From: an uncultured Planctomycetales bacterium
GTDB taxonomy: Bacteria; Omnitrophota; Gorgyraeia; Gygaellales; Profunditerraquicolaceae
NCBI GenBank assembly: GCA_964354795.1
Contig: CAYHBB010000037.1
Coordinates: forward strand, 46,197 to 110,196
Reading direction: 5' to 3'
DNA length: 64,000 nt
Of this stretch, positions 29,267 to 39,433 are shown piece by piece. The notes below the pieces were generated by a model, which saw only the letters and a list, made by a program, of their open reading frames with translations, made no database searches and was not told the origin of the DNA. Position numbers and translations under genes: made by a program. Each line of letters begins with the position of its first letter. The stretch's first letter is position 1.

Positions 29267-30243
29267 TTTCTTTCTCCTAAATCGGGATAAGTATTATAAT
29301 AAATCATATTTTCTGGGTCAGTTATAGAGCCTCCCCTTAGCAAATCTATAACCTCCCTTACTCCATCCTCTACGGTATAAAGATTCTTGAGCCCTAAATA
29401 TTTTTGAAGTTTAGAAAAATCGACTTGGTAGTCCCTTAAATCTTCGCCCTTTTTTATGGTATCAACGACCAAATCCGTTATAAATTTTTTAACTATTTGG
29501 ACTATTTGGATTTTTTGATAATTCTCCCCCTCAAATCCTATATTAAAAACGTTATTTTTTACCTTTTCAAATTTGTTTACAATTTCTAAAACCGTATTAG
29601 CCACATCAAAAACATGTATATACGGTCGGTGTGTATATGGCATAAAAACCTCTAAATATTTCTTAGCAAAAGCGTTCATAGCAAAATCATTAACGGTCAA
29701 ATCGAATCTCATTCTAAAAGAAGGCCCGTAAACGGTTGAAAGCCTGCAGATCACCCAATCTATGTCTTTTGCCTCATTCATCAGATATTTTTCCACATTA
29801 ACTTTAGTTTCAGCATATAAAGAGAGAGGGTTTAAGGGCGATTCTTCGCTGGCTAACCCCTTGGAAATTCCATAATTTGAACATGTGGAAAAGAATATAA
29901 ATCCCTGAACTCCATACTGGGAAGCTTTGGATATCAGATTAACCGCTGCTTTATGATTAATTTGATATGTCAATTCCGGAAATTTTTTACTCGCAGGATC
30001 CCCTACAACTGCCGCAGCATGAATAATAAAATCAACGCCTTCCAATTCTTTATTAATCAATTTATCATTGCAGATATCGCCCTTAATGAACTCATAATTA
30101 GGATTAGCCACATGAATCAAAGGGATTTCTTTCTTAAACCATAAGGAGTCAATTACTTTTACTTTGTAACCCTTTTGCAATGCCAAATTGCTTATAACGC
30201 TTCCGACATAACCGGCCCCGCCGGTAACAAGAATTGTTTTCAC
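29263..30243 (-). CDS. NAD-dependent epimerase/dehydratase (extended SDR; nucleotide-sugar 4,6-dehydratase or epimerase)
   Basis: MKTILVTGGAGYVGS Rossmann; YxxxK present. Confidence 0.75.
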   Translation of the reverse strand: MKTILVTGGAGYVGSVISNLALQKGYKVKVIDSLWFKKEIPLIHVANPNYEFIKGDICNDKLINKELEGVDFIIHAAAVVGDPASKKFPELTYQINHKAAVNLISKASQYGVQGFIFFSTCSNYGISKGLASEESPLNPLSLYAETKVNVEKYLMNEAKDIDWVICRLSTVYGPSFRMRFDLTVNDFAMNAFAKKYLEVFMPYTHRPYIHVFDVANTVLEIVNKFEKVKNNVFNIGFEGENYQKIQIVQIVKKFITDLVVDTIKKGEDLRDYQVDFSKLQKYLGLKNLYTVEDGVREVIDLLRGGSITDPENMIYYNTYPDLGERN

Positions 30244-32060
30244 CCGATTGTCTCCTTATCAATAAAATCATCGGCGGCAATATCTTTTGACATATGAAGA
30301 TCATAATACAGGTTCTTATTCTTCAACAATTCCTCGTGTGTGCCTTGCTCCCTTATTTCTCCTTTTTCTAAAATAATGATCTTATCCGCATTCTGAACTG
30401 TGGATAATCTGTGTGCGATAACCAAAACTGTAGTATGCTTTGAAATATTATTGATCGCGTTCTGAATCTTTCTCTCAGAGATATTGTCTAAGGAGCTCGT
30501 AGCCTCATCGAGGACAATGATTTCCGGTTTTCTTAACATAGCCCTGGCAATAGCGACCCGCTGCCTTTGCCCACCGGAAAGCTTAACTCCGGAATCACCA
30601 ACAACCGTATCATAACCCTGTTGTGTCTCCATAATGAAATCATGGGCATTGGCCAGCTTTGCCGCCTCTTCAATCATTTGGTCGGTACAATTATCTAAGC
30701 CAAATCTAATATTCTCCTTGAATGAAGTGTTAAAAATAAACGTCTCCTGGCTTACATAGCCAATCCTGCTTAAATAACTTTTATTGCTAAGCTCAAAAAT
30801 ATCTACCCCATCTATCTTGATAAATCCTTTGTCTGGTGAATAAAGTTTGAGCAAAAGATTAATAATCGTTGTCTTTCCCGACCCCGAAAACCCGACAATA
30901 GCAGTCATTTTCCGCCTCTCCAAAAAGAAAGATAAATCTTTCAATAAATAATCTTCCATGGAGTTATATTTAAAACACACATTCTCAAAAGTAATTTTAT
31001 CAGTGAATCCTTCAATATTCTTTTTACCCTCAACCGCGGCAGCGAATTTTTGCGAGCACAATTCATGAACTATTTTTATATCCGGCATACACTCGGCAAT
31101 CTGCATAACGGCGCTACCCAGCGAATGGATAGAAGGAAGAAACCGGTTAACCACAACGACAAAAGTTGCCAACACCGGAAGCAGAGAAATAATTTCATTA
31201 GGGGATCTTCGGCTAAAAAATAAACCCGCCGAAGCAATTAGTACGTAAAATAAAAATTTAACAAATGCCTCCGGAAAAACTCTGGCCACCAACATACGAA
31301 ATTGATTGGCTACCCCCCGATCTACCGCTTGCGTGTATCTTTTCTTCCAAGCGTCAACCGCCAAGAATATTTTTATCGTCTTAATTCCTGTTATAAATTC
31401 ATTCAAGATGATATTTTTCCGCTGATTTTCTTCCACACAGACCAAAGTGCATATATTAATAAACTTCTGCATGACTTTTCTGATAGCAATGCCATAGAAT
31501 AGACCTACAAGTATGATGGAAATGGTTGCCTGCCAACTTAAAAGTACGAGCAAAGAGAATAAAAATATAGAATTAATCGAATGGTATGCCAGCGTAATCA
31601 CATAAAGAACAGCGACGGTGGTCCTCTCCGGGGCGGTAGTCCCCGAATATATTAATTTTCCTTGTTGGCTCTTAACATAAAAACCATAATCAGCAGTAAT
31701 AAACTTATCAAATATTTTCTTTTGGGTATCCCCAATAATCCGCGTTAATAATTTATTTGAAAAATAGTTGTAAATGAACTTTAGCAAGATTGCGAGAACT
31801 GAAATAATAATCAAAAGGAAACAGGCCGTCACAAATGAATTACCTGGAGCGATAAATTTTGTGGCTTTCTCAAAATATTGTAAAAAATCATTCTTATTTT
31901 CTAGGCCCAGCCCATAATTTACTATCGGATACAAAGCAGCTAAATTTATTGTATCTATAAATCCTGACAGAAACATAAATACTAATACATAGAAAGACTG
32001 AAGTTTATGCGCGCGAAAAAAATACCAAACAACTTCCAATTCCTGAATATCAATCTTCAT
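30240..32060 (-). CDS. ABC transporter, fused permease/ATPase exporter (MsbA/PglK-like; candidate lipid-linked glycan flippase)
   Basis: Six N-terminal TM helices; Walker A GFSGSGKTT; signature LSGGQRQRVAIARA; Walker B IIVLDEATS. Confidence 0.85.
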   Translation of the reverse strand: MKIDIQELEVVWYFFRAHKLQSFYVLVFMFLSGFIDTINLAALYPIVNYGLGLENKNDFLQYFEKATKFIAPGNSFVTACFLLIIISVLAILLKFIYNYFSNKLLTRIIGDTQKKIFDKFITADYGFYVKSQQGKLIYSGTTAPERTTVAVLYVITLAYHSINSIFLFSLLVLLSWQATISIILVGLFYGIAIRKVMQKFINICTLVCVEENQRKNIILNEFITGIKTIKIFLAVDAWKKRYTQAVDRGVANQFRMLVARVFPEAFVKFLFYVLIASAGLFFSRRSPNEIISLLPVLATFVVVVNRFLPSIHSLGSAVMQIAECMPDIKIVHELCSQKFAAAVEGKKNIEGFTDKITFENVCFKYNSMEDYLLKDLSFFLERRKMTAIVGFSGSGKTTIINLLLKLYSPDKGFIKIDGVDIFELSNKSYLSRIGYVSQETFIFNTSFKENIRFGLDNCTDQMIEEAAKLANAHDFIMETQQGYDTVVGDSGVKLSGGQRQRVAIARAMLRKPEIIVLDEATSSLDNISERKIQNAINNISKHTTVLVIAHRLSTVQNADKIIILEKGEIREQGTHEELLKNKNLYYDLHMSKDIAADDFIDKETIG

Positions 32061-32143
32061 TCTTATCCTTATGATTTAGCCAATTCCTTAAAGATATCGC
32101 TCTAAATAAAAGCCTCATGCCATCTCTCGGGATCAGCATTCTA

Positions 32144-33052
32144 TCACCCGCGAATCTGAGCAGGCAGTTGTCGATCACAGTAAAACCGCTCTAATCCCTG
32201 TTCGACCGTTGGAAGCGCCATGCCTAATGCTTGGCTAAGTTTCAATGGCAACAAACCCAGATTCTTGGAACGCCGCACCTTAAGCGGGAATTGATCAACT
32301 GATACCGGTTCGATTAGATTCTCATCTAGACCAAACAACCGGGCGACTAGCCGAAACAGGTCATATTTGGAAATACTGTTCGCGGAAGCAAAATTAAAAA
32401 TCCCTGCTAAGTCTTTCGCAATAGCCCGTGATAGAATATTGGCGAGATCAAACGTATAAAGGCTCGATGTAATAATATCCGTAAAGCCGCGGATATTCCG
32501 CCCCGCAGACAATTCATTAAACGCCCACTCGGTTAACGAAGCCTTGCCCTGCTTCAGGCTCCAGCCAAAAAAACTCGTCCGAACAATCAAGGCGTGAGGA
32601 CAACGTGCGGCTTCTCCTTCCGCTTGGAGTTTGGTTTCCGCATAATAGTTGAGCGGTCTAACTGGATCATCCTCCCTAAAATTTCCACCCTCGCCACTGT
32701 AAACCGCATCGGTCGATATAAAGACTAATTTACTTTTCTGCTCGAGTAGAGCATCCGTCAAGAACCGAGTAACCTCGATATTATCCCGGTAGGCACTCTG
32801 TCGATCAAATTCACAACAATCGATGTCAGCCAAAGCCGCACAATGGATACAAACATCTGGCCGAAATCTACGAACAACACGCTCACACTCCTGTGGACTA
32901 GTCAGGCCTGCTTTCTCGGTACGAATCCAAGAAGGATTATACGGGTGGGCATGAAACAGCCCTAAAATGTCAAATTCATCCCGAAGGGCGTAGGCTAGAC
33001 TACTCCCCAACAATCCGCTGACACCTGTTATTAAAAGTCGTTTCTTGCTCAT
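32144..33052 (-). CDS. RmlD-substrate-binding-domain SDR reductase (dTDP-4-dehydrorhamnose-reductase-like, CapF/WbjC-like)
   Basis: MSKKRLLITGVSGLLGSSLAYAL; GGAGG RBS upstream. Confidence 0.7.
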   Translation of the reverse strand: MSKKRLLITGVSGLLGSSLAYALRDEFDILGLFHAHPYNPSWIRTEKAGLTSPQECERVVRRFRPDVCIHCAALADIDCCEFDRQSAYRDNIEVTRFLTDALLEQKSKLVFISTDAVYSGEGGNFREDDPVRPLNYYAETKLQAEGEAARCPHALIVRTSFFGWSLKQGKASLTEWAFNELSAGRNIRGFTDIITSSLYTFDLANILSRAIAKDLAGIFNFASANSISKYDLFRLVARLFGLDENLIEPVSVDQFPLKVRRSKNLGLLPLKLSQALGMALPTVEQGLERFYCDRQLPAQIRG

Positions 33053-33157
33053 TTAATCCCTCCGCAAATCCCTGGTTTTCAAACTGGGGATAGGAATTTG
33101 CGAATGTGATTTTTGCTCCGGGGAGGGAGCCTCGGCCTTTAGTCCGAGGGGCTCCAC

Positions 33158-34189
33158 TTATTCCGGCACATCGTCCATGGACCAACGGGAATCCTCAATA
33201 GCATAATCGTCTGCGATCTGTTCAACCAGTTTCTTAAGATCCGAAACAGAAAGCCACGCGTCATTATCGCCGGAAGTATACAAGAACCCTTCCGGACATA
33301 CGCGCCCTTTGCCCTTGACCAGCTCTTTGCGCAGGTCAGTATTAGACTGAACCACGAAACAATCCCTGAACATGACGGCATTACGCGCCTCGTCCTCACT
33401 AATAAGAGTCTCGTGGATCTTTTCGCCGGGCCGAATCCCGACAATCTCAACTTTACACTTAGGCCCTATGGACTTGGCGAGGTCTACAATCTTCATAGAC
33501 GGGATTCGCGGCACAAAGATCTCGCCGCCTTTCATGCGTTTTAATGATTCCAAAACAAAATAGACCGACTGGTCGAGTGTGATCCAAAAACGAGTCATGC
33601 GCTCATCTGTGATAGGTAACACGCCCGTCTTTAAACGCTCCTTAAAGAACGGCACAACCGACCCCCGACTGCCCAAAACATTGCCATAACGTACAACCGC
33701 AAAGCGCGTTTCGCCTTCCGCGGCCGAAAATCCTGCTGCTGTAAACAGCTTATCGGAACACAGCTTGGTAGCCCCGTAAAGATTGATCGGATTGCAAGCC
33801 TTATCGGTCGATAAAGCCACGACTCTCTTGACTTTACAATGGATCGCCGCATCGATAATGTTCATGGCCCCTAAAACATTGGTCTTAATATATTCTTCCG
33901 GGTTGCGTTCCGCCGCCGGGACCTGTTTCAGGGCAGCGGCGTGAATGACATAATCAACTCCCTTAAACACGCTCATCAAGCGGTCTTTATCGCGCACATC
34001 CCCCAAGACATACTGAATGCACGGATATTTATGCGGGTTCCACTTCTGGGCCATCTCGAATTGTTTTAGCTCATCGCGGCTGAAAATAATAATCCGCTTC
34101 GGCTTATATTGCGCAAGCACAATTTGAAGCATTTTTTTACCGAATGACCCTGTGCCGCCAGTCACCAAAATAGTCTTGTTATTAAGCAT
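33158..34189 (-). CDS. UDP-GlcNAc 4,6-dehydratase (inverting; PseB/FlaA1/CapE/WbjB-like polysaccharide biosynthesis protein)
   Basis: KTILVTGGTGSFGKKM ... YVLGDVRDKDRL ... HAAALKQVP ... NVLGAMNIIDAA. Confidence 0.8.
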   Translation of the reverse strand: MLNNKTILVTGGTGSFGKKMLQIVLAQYKPKRIIIFSRDELKQFEMAQKWNPHKYPCIQYVLGDVRDKDRLMSVFKGVDYVIHAAALKQVPAAERNPEEYIKTNVLGAMNIIDAAIHCKVKRVVALSTDKACNPINLYGATKLCSDKLFTAAGFSAAEGETRFAVVRYGNVLGSRGSVVPFFKERLKTGVLPITDERMTRFWITLDQSVYFVLESLKRMKGGEIFVPRIPSMKIVDLAKSIGPKCKVEIVGIRPGEKIHETLISEDEARNAVMFRDCFVVQSNTDLRKELVKGKGRVCPEGFLYTSGDNDAWLSVSDLKKLVEQIADDYAIEDSRWSMDDVPE

Positions 34190-34257
34190 ACGTCTCCTGT
34201 TTTTTATAACCCGTCATTCCAAGCGTTAAAACTTCCCAAGCTTACGCATAACTAGGG

Positions 34258-35373
34258 TTAATTTAAGACCGAAAGAACCATGCCGCGCACCATCGAAGCA
34301 ATAGCCGGTGAAGCGGTAAGGCCGGGAGATTCGATACCGATCAAACTTATCAATCCCCGTAAATTATTTTCGGTCTCATCTTTTACTACAAAATCCCTCA
34401 CTTGCTCTCCGTAACCATAAAGTTTAGGCCGGATACCCGCTTGATCAGGAATTAAATGTTCTTCTTGAAGACTAGGCAATAATTTTGCGGCACCCATGTA
34501 AAAATCACGTTTTTTATTTTCATCGACCTTATAGTCGATTGTCTCAACGTATTCTACATCGGGCCCAAAGCGAAGCCGGCCCGCCAAGTTGAGGGTAGCA
34601 TGAACCCCTAATCCAACTAGCTCCTCATGCGGAACAGGATATACAAGCCTATTGACCGGAGAAGGCATATGATATGAAAAATAGGTACCTTTGCAAAACT
34701 TGATTTTATATTTACTCTCTTTTATATTTACTCCCGCTAGTTCTGCGACCCTATCGCCGAACAATCCCGCGCAATTGATAAGGATATGGGTTTTGAACAA
34801 AAACTCGTCTTCGTTAACGCCAACTACAAAACCATCCCCTATTTTTTCCACCTTGGTAACCTCGCTTTTAAAGGCAAAGATAACCCCGCGATCCCTTGCG
34901 GAATCGTAATAGTGCTTCATTAACGAATGAGAGTCAACGATGCCGGTATTAGGCGAATAAATCGCTTTTACAGCTTTAATATTCGGCTCAAGCTTTGCAA
35001 CGTCATTTGCCCCTAGGAGAGTCAGGCCGTTACCGCAATTTCTTTTGCCTTTCTCAAAAAGATCCTCAAGAGCAGCAACCTCATCTTTCTCAGTAGCGAC
35101 AATAAGCTTTCCTATCCGCTTATGGGGGATATTGAATCTTTCACAGAGCTCATATATTTTCTTCGCGCCCTCAACGCATAAACGCGCTTTCAAAGAGCCC
35201 ATAGGATAATAGATCCCGGAATGAATGACTTCACTGTTACGACTGCTTGTTTCCTGGCCAAAAGTACTATTTCTTTCCAGTACTACAATCCGCTCATAGC
35301 TCTCTGAAAGCTTTGCGGCGATAGCTAAACCTATGACACCAGCACCAATAATAGTGATATTTAATTTTTCCAT
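34258..35373 (-). CDS. FAD-dependent oxidoreductase (DAO family, LhgO-like)
   Basis: N-terminal IIGAGVIGLAIAAKL dinucleotide-binding motif. Confidence 0.65.
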   Translation of the reverse strand: MEKLNITIIGAGVIGLAIAAKLSESYERIVVLERNSTFGQETSSRNSEVIHSGIYYPMGSLKARLCVEGAKKIYELCERFNIPHKRIGKLIVATEKDEVAALEDLFEKGKRNCGNGLTLLGANDVAKLEPNIKAVKAIYSPNTGIVDSHSLMKHYYDSARDRGVIFAFKSEVTKVEKIGDGFVVGVNEDEFLFKTHILINCAGLFGDRVAELAGVNIKESKYKIKFCKGTYFSYHMPSPVNRLVYPVPHEELVGLGVHATLNLAGRLRFGPDVEYVETIDYKVDENKKRDFYMGAAKLLPSLQEEHLIPDQAGIRPKLYGYGEQVRDFVVKDETENNLRGLISLIGIESPGLTASPAIASMVRGMVLSVLN

Positions 35374-35399
35374 GATTACGCAAACCTTTAATTATGTGT

Positions 35400-35765
35400 T
35401 TATTTTGTTTCGTTAATTGTGTGATTGTTTCCGTTGCCGTTACCGTTGACGACAATCTTTTCCCATTCCTCTTTCATCTGGTTATACTCTTCCTCTTTCT
35501 TTTTTAAGAAAAGCTCCATCAGGTTCATCTTATGCTCAAGGCCTTCCTTGGTAAGATAATAGTGAATTTTGCTGATTTTTCCGGATTTGGTGCTGAAATT
35601 CTTGGCTTTGATCAAGCCTTTTTCGAAAAGTGCTTTGAGGAGGTAGTTGGTCTTGCCGAGTGAGATTCCCAGCTTATCAGAGAGCTCGCGCTGGGTCAAA
35701 TCCGGATCAGATTCGATGTGCCTGATTAGGTTTAAAGTCTCTTCTTTGGGGGGTTGTTCAAACAT
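35400..35765 (-). CDS. Winged-helix (MarR-like) transcriptional regulator with an Asn/Gly low-complexity tail
   Basis: LTQRELSDKLGISLGKTNYLLKALFEKGLIK wHTH. The track start at 35792 is TTG inside a palindrome; ATG at 35765 preferred. Confidence 0.5.
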   Translation of the reverse strand: MFEQPPKEETLNLIRHIESDPDLTQRELSDKLGISLGKTNYLLKALFEKGLIKAKNFSTKSGKISKIHYYLTKEGLEHKMNLMELFLKKKEEEYNQMKEEWEKIVVNGNGNGNNHTINETK

Positions 35766-35785
35766 TGAACAAATATAACATACAA

Positions 35786-35813
35786 ACAGCAAATGTCAAG
35801 GTGATTTTGCTGT
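35786..35813 (-). promoter_or_regulatory. 8-bp-stem palindrome ACAGCAAA-N12-TTTGCTGT just upstream of the wHTH regulator start; candidate operator
   Basis: Inverted repeat read directly from the sequence. Confidence 0.3.
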
Positions 35814-35871
35814 TTTCAAGGCTGCTTTTACGCTTGCAACAGACACGTAAGTCAATATAAATAAAGCGAAT

Positions 35872-35908
35872 AAAGAAAAAACGGGTGGAGCATAATTATC
35901 ACACCCGT
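35872..35908 (-). terminator. Rho-independent terminator downstream of the SGNH hydrolase gene
   Basis: Minus-strand ACGGGTG-N14-CACCCGT followed by TTTTTTCTTTATT. Confidence 0.55.
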
Positions 35909-35955
35909 TCAACTACTGAACAACTATTATTCCGCCCTAGAAGTACTTTAAAGAT

Positions 35956-37191
35956 CTACTTTGACGCCCTTCCTTGGCTAATAATCTGCTTAAACAAAGC
36001 ATTACTTAATATCCCCTCTGCCACGCGCTCATGCCCTAGCGCTGTCCAGTGACCATCAAAATCATAATACAATGCTTCTTGGCTATGTTTTAATAAATAT
36101 GGCCATAGATTTAGGAAATTTACGTCATTTGTCCGAGCATACGATTCAATCATCTCAAACGGTACCGACGAATCATAAAGCTCGCCCTCCTTAAGCTGGC
36201 AGGCACCCCTTCCTTCTTTCCAAGCATCCTTACTTACCTGATGGCCAAGGGGGAATAAAGCAAGCATAAATTCACTTCCGCTAGCTTCTGAAACTTCTTT
36301 TATTTTTTTAATCCACTTACTTGAATTATTCCAATAGTATTGAGTGACTTTATTATCGACATTATCCCTAAAGATAAAATACGGGTCTAATTCAGCGCTT
36401 TGGATCGTCGGCTTATCTGCGATCAGTTTTTTTACAGATTTACCCTGAAGAATGCAGCCAATATAATTCTTTATCCCGACTAATCGTATTTTCTGGAACG
36501 ACTTGCTTAGTTTGTTATAAATATGAGAGAAAAAATGGAAATTACTCCTGAGCTGCAGCAAATAATCAGGATGATTGTTAATGTAAAAAGGATTGCAGGC
36601 CACTATCTCATTGTTTTTATCTTTTATCCCATTTTTCTCATATTTAAAATCTTCCGTTAAATCTAAAAAGTTATAAAAAAGAATCACCAGGTTAGGAGAG
36701 TAACTCACCATTTTCTTATTAAGTAACAGATATTCAAGAATAGGCGAATAACTGACAACCCCGCAGTTAATTACTTCGTATTTCTTAGTAGCTGAGGGGT
36801 TGTTTAACTTCTGCTCAAGTAAATAGCAAAAATTTTCCTGGTCATTTACGGCAGTGCCAAAAACAAAAGAATCTCCGAGAACAAGAATGCGGTAGGTCCC
36901 TTGCGGTTTATTTATAGAGTATTCTTTTCCTCTTAATCCCTGACAATTAATTGAAAACGAAGTTGGAAATCCTGCAAACATCTCTGTTACTTTGATATTT
37001 GGGGGATATGAATGGTGGAAGATTGGATCAGGCCTGCCCATATAAATATCCATGGTAAAAGCAGGAACTTTTGGCCTCACTAATCGGAAAATAACTTCTC
37101 CGACGACAAAAACACAGAGAATAACCGATATAAACACCATAATCAACCTAAATAATACTATCTTCTTTTTACTAAGTGGCGGATGTGCCAT
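35956..37191 (-). CDS. Membrane-anchored SGNH/GDSL hydrolase (polysaccharide O-acyl-esterase or acyltransferase-like)
   Basis: N-terminal TM helix, GDS block YRILVLGDSFVFGTA, DxxH block DFDGHWTALGHE. Start moved to ATG 37191 because the track start overlaps a terminator hairpin. Confidence 0.6.
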   Translation of the reverse strand: MAHPPLSKKKIVLFRLIMVFISVILCVFVVGEVIFRLVRPKVPAFTMDIYMGRPDPIFHHSYPPNIKVTEMFAGFPTSFSINCQGLRGKEYSINKPQGTYRILVLGDSFVFGTAVNDQENFCYLLEQKLNNPSATKKYEVINCGVVSYSPILEYLLLNKKMVSYSPNLVILFYNFLDLTEDFKYEKNGIKDKNNEIVACNPFYINNHPDYLLQLRSNFHFFSHIYNKLSKSFQKIRLVGIKNYIGCILQGKSVKKLIADKPTIQSAELDPYFIFRDNVDNKVTQYYWNNSSKWIKKIKEVSEASGSEFMLALFPLGHQVSKDAWKEGRGACQLKEGELYDSSVPFEMIESYARTNDVNFLNLWPYLLKHSQEALYYDFDGHWTALGHERVAEGILSNALFKQIISQGRASK

Positions 37192-37207
37192 ATGACGCCT
37201 TTTACTA

Positions 37208-37250
37208 CAAATAAAAGGGTACACTCTCCGTATTTCGAAAAGTGTACCCC
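37208..37250 (-). terminator. Rho-independent terminator downstream of gap
   Basis: Minus-strand GGGTACACT-N15-AGTGTACCC followed by TTTTATTTGT. Confidence 0.55.
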
Positions 37251-37269
37251 ATTAGAGTAAATACTATGC

Positions 37270-38394
<1,125 letters not shown>

Positions 38395-38437
38395 TCACCT
38401 AACTTTGACTCTTTAACACCCATACAATTTCACGGAT

Positions 38438-39433
38438 TTACGCGTCTCTGAGGTATTTTGCGGCCAATTCAGGCGGGGTAGCAACGAGGTAAAACCCGGA
38501 GCCCCATTCAAAACCTGCAGTCCGTGTAAGCTTTGGCATGAACTCAATATGCCAATGATAACCTTCCATTGCCCCATCTCCGTTTACCGGAGCTGAGTGC
38601 AAAATATAATTATACGAAACATCCGGGAACAATTTCTTTAATTTTGTCACGATGTCGCGCAAAATCTGGGCCAGCGACGGGATCTCTTCAGGAGGCATGT
38701 GCGAGAAATTACCATTATGTTTCTTGGGGATTATCCAGATCTCAAACGGAAAGCGCGAAACAAACGGGCAAAAAGCCAGAAAATGCTTATTTTCCATGAC
38801 CACGCGCTCTGCTTCCTGAGTCTCCTGCCTGATAACATCGCAGAAAATACAACGCTCGCGGTATTCAAAATAATTTTGCGCGCCCTTGATCTCTTCCGCG
38901 GCACTCTTAGGAATCATAGGAAGCGCGATGAGCTGTGTGTGCGGATGCTCTAGTGACGCACCTGCTGCCGCGCCAAAATTCTTAAAAACCATGATATATT
39001 TAAAACGCTTATCTTTTGCCAAATCCAATGCCCGACGGCAATACATATTCAGAAAATTCTCAACCTCATGATTAAGTAAATCACAAATATCCTTCTGATG
39101 ATACGGAGTCTCGATCAAAACCTCATGTGCTCCCACGCCATTAGACATATCATACATCCCAAGGCCGCGGCGTTCGATATCTCCCTCCACCTGAAGCGCA
39201 GGGAACTTATTAGCCACGACTCTCACCTGCCAGCCTGAACTATTGGGCTGAGTATGCGAATCGCGGATGGCTTCGATTTCCGGCGGAGTCATAGACTCAT
39301 TGCCGTAACAAAACGGACAAGTCCCGCCCATATAGACCTGACGCTCATAATCATACTGGTCAGGCTTATGCGGATGGTCAGTGTCGACGATAACCCAACG
39401 TCCGCCTATAGGATCCCTTCTTAATTCCGACAT
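38438..39433 (-). CDS. galT: Galactose-1-phosphate uridylyltransferase family (class I GalT / HIT-like), canonical active site
   Basis: Zn motif CPFCYGNE, active-site HPHTQ. Confidence 0.8.
   Translation of the reverse strand: MSELRRDPIGGRWVIVDTDHPHKPDQYDYERQVYMGGTCPFCYGNESMTPPEIEAIRDSHTQPNSSGWQVRVVANKFPALQVEGDIERRGLGMYDMSNGVGAHEVLIETPYHQKDICDLLNHEVENFLNMYCRRALDLAKDKRFKYIMVFKNFGAAAGASLEHPHTQLIALPMIPKSAAEEIKGAQNYFEYRERCIFCDVIRQETQEAERVVMENKHFLAFCPFVSRFPFEIWIIPKKHNGNFSHMPPEEIPSLAQILRDIVTKLKKLFPDVSYNYILHSAPVNGDGAMEGYHWHIEFMPKLTRTAGFEWGSGFYLVATPPELAAKYLRDA

Noticed and set aside
33118-33158. GC-rich hairpin after the PseB-like gene as an intrinsic terminator
   Set aside because: There is no U-run after the stem on the transcribed (minus) strand. 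It is more likely a stabilising or regulatory stem or a REP-like element, so it is reported only as a compositional oddity.
34258-37224. FAD oxidoreductase + wHTH regulator + SGNH hydrolase as a novel defence or toxin system
   Set aside because: The genes look like ordinary metabolic/regulatory functions separated by terminators. There is no nuclease, ATPase or other hallmark defence domain.
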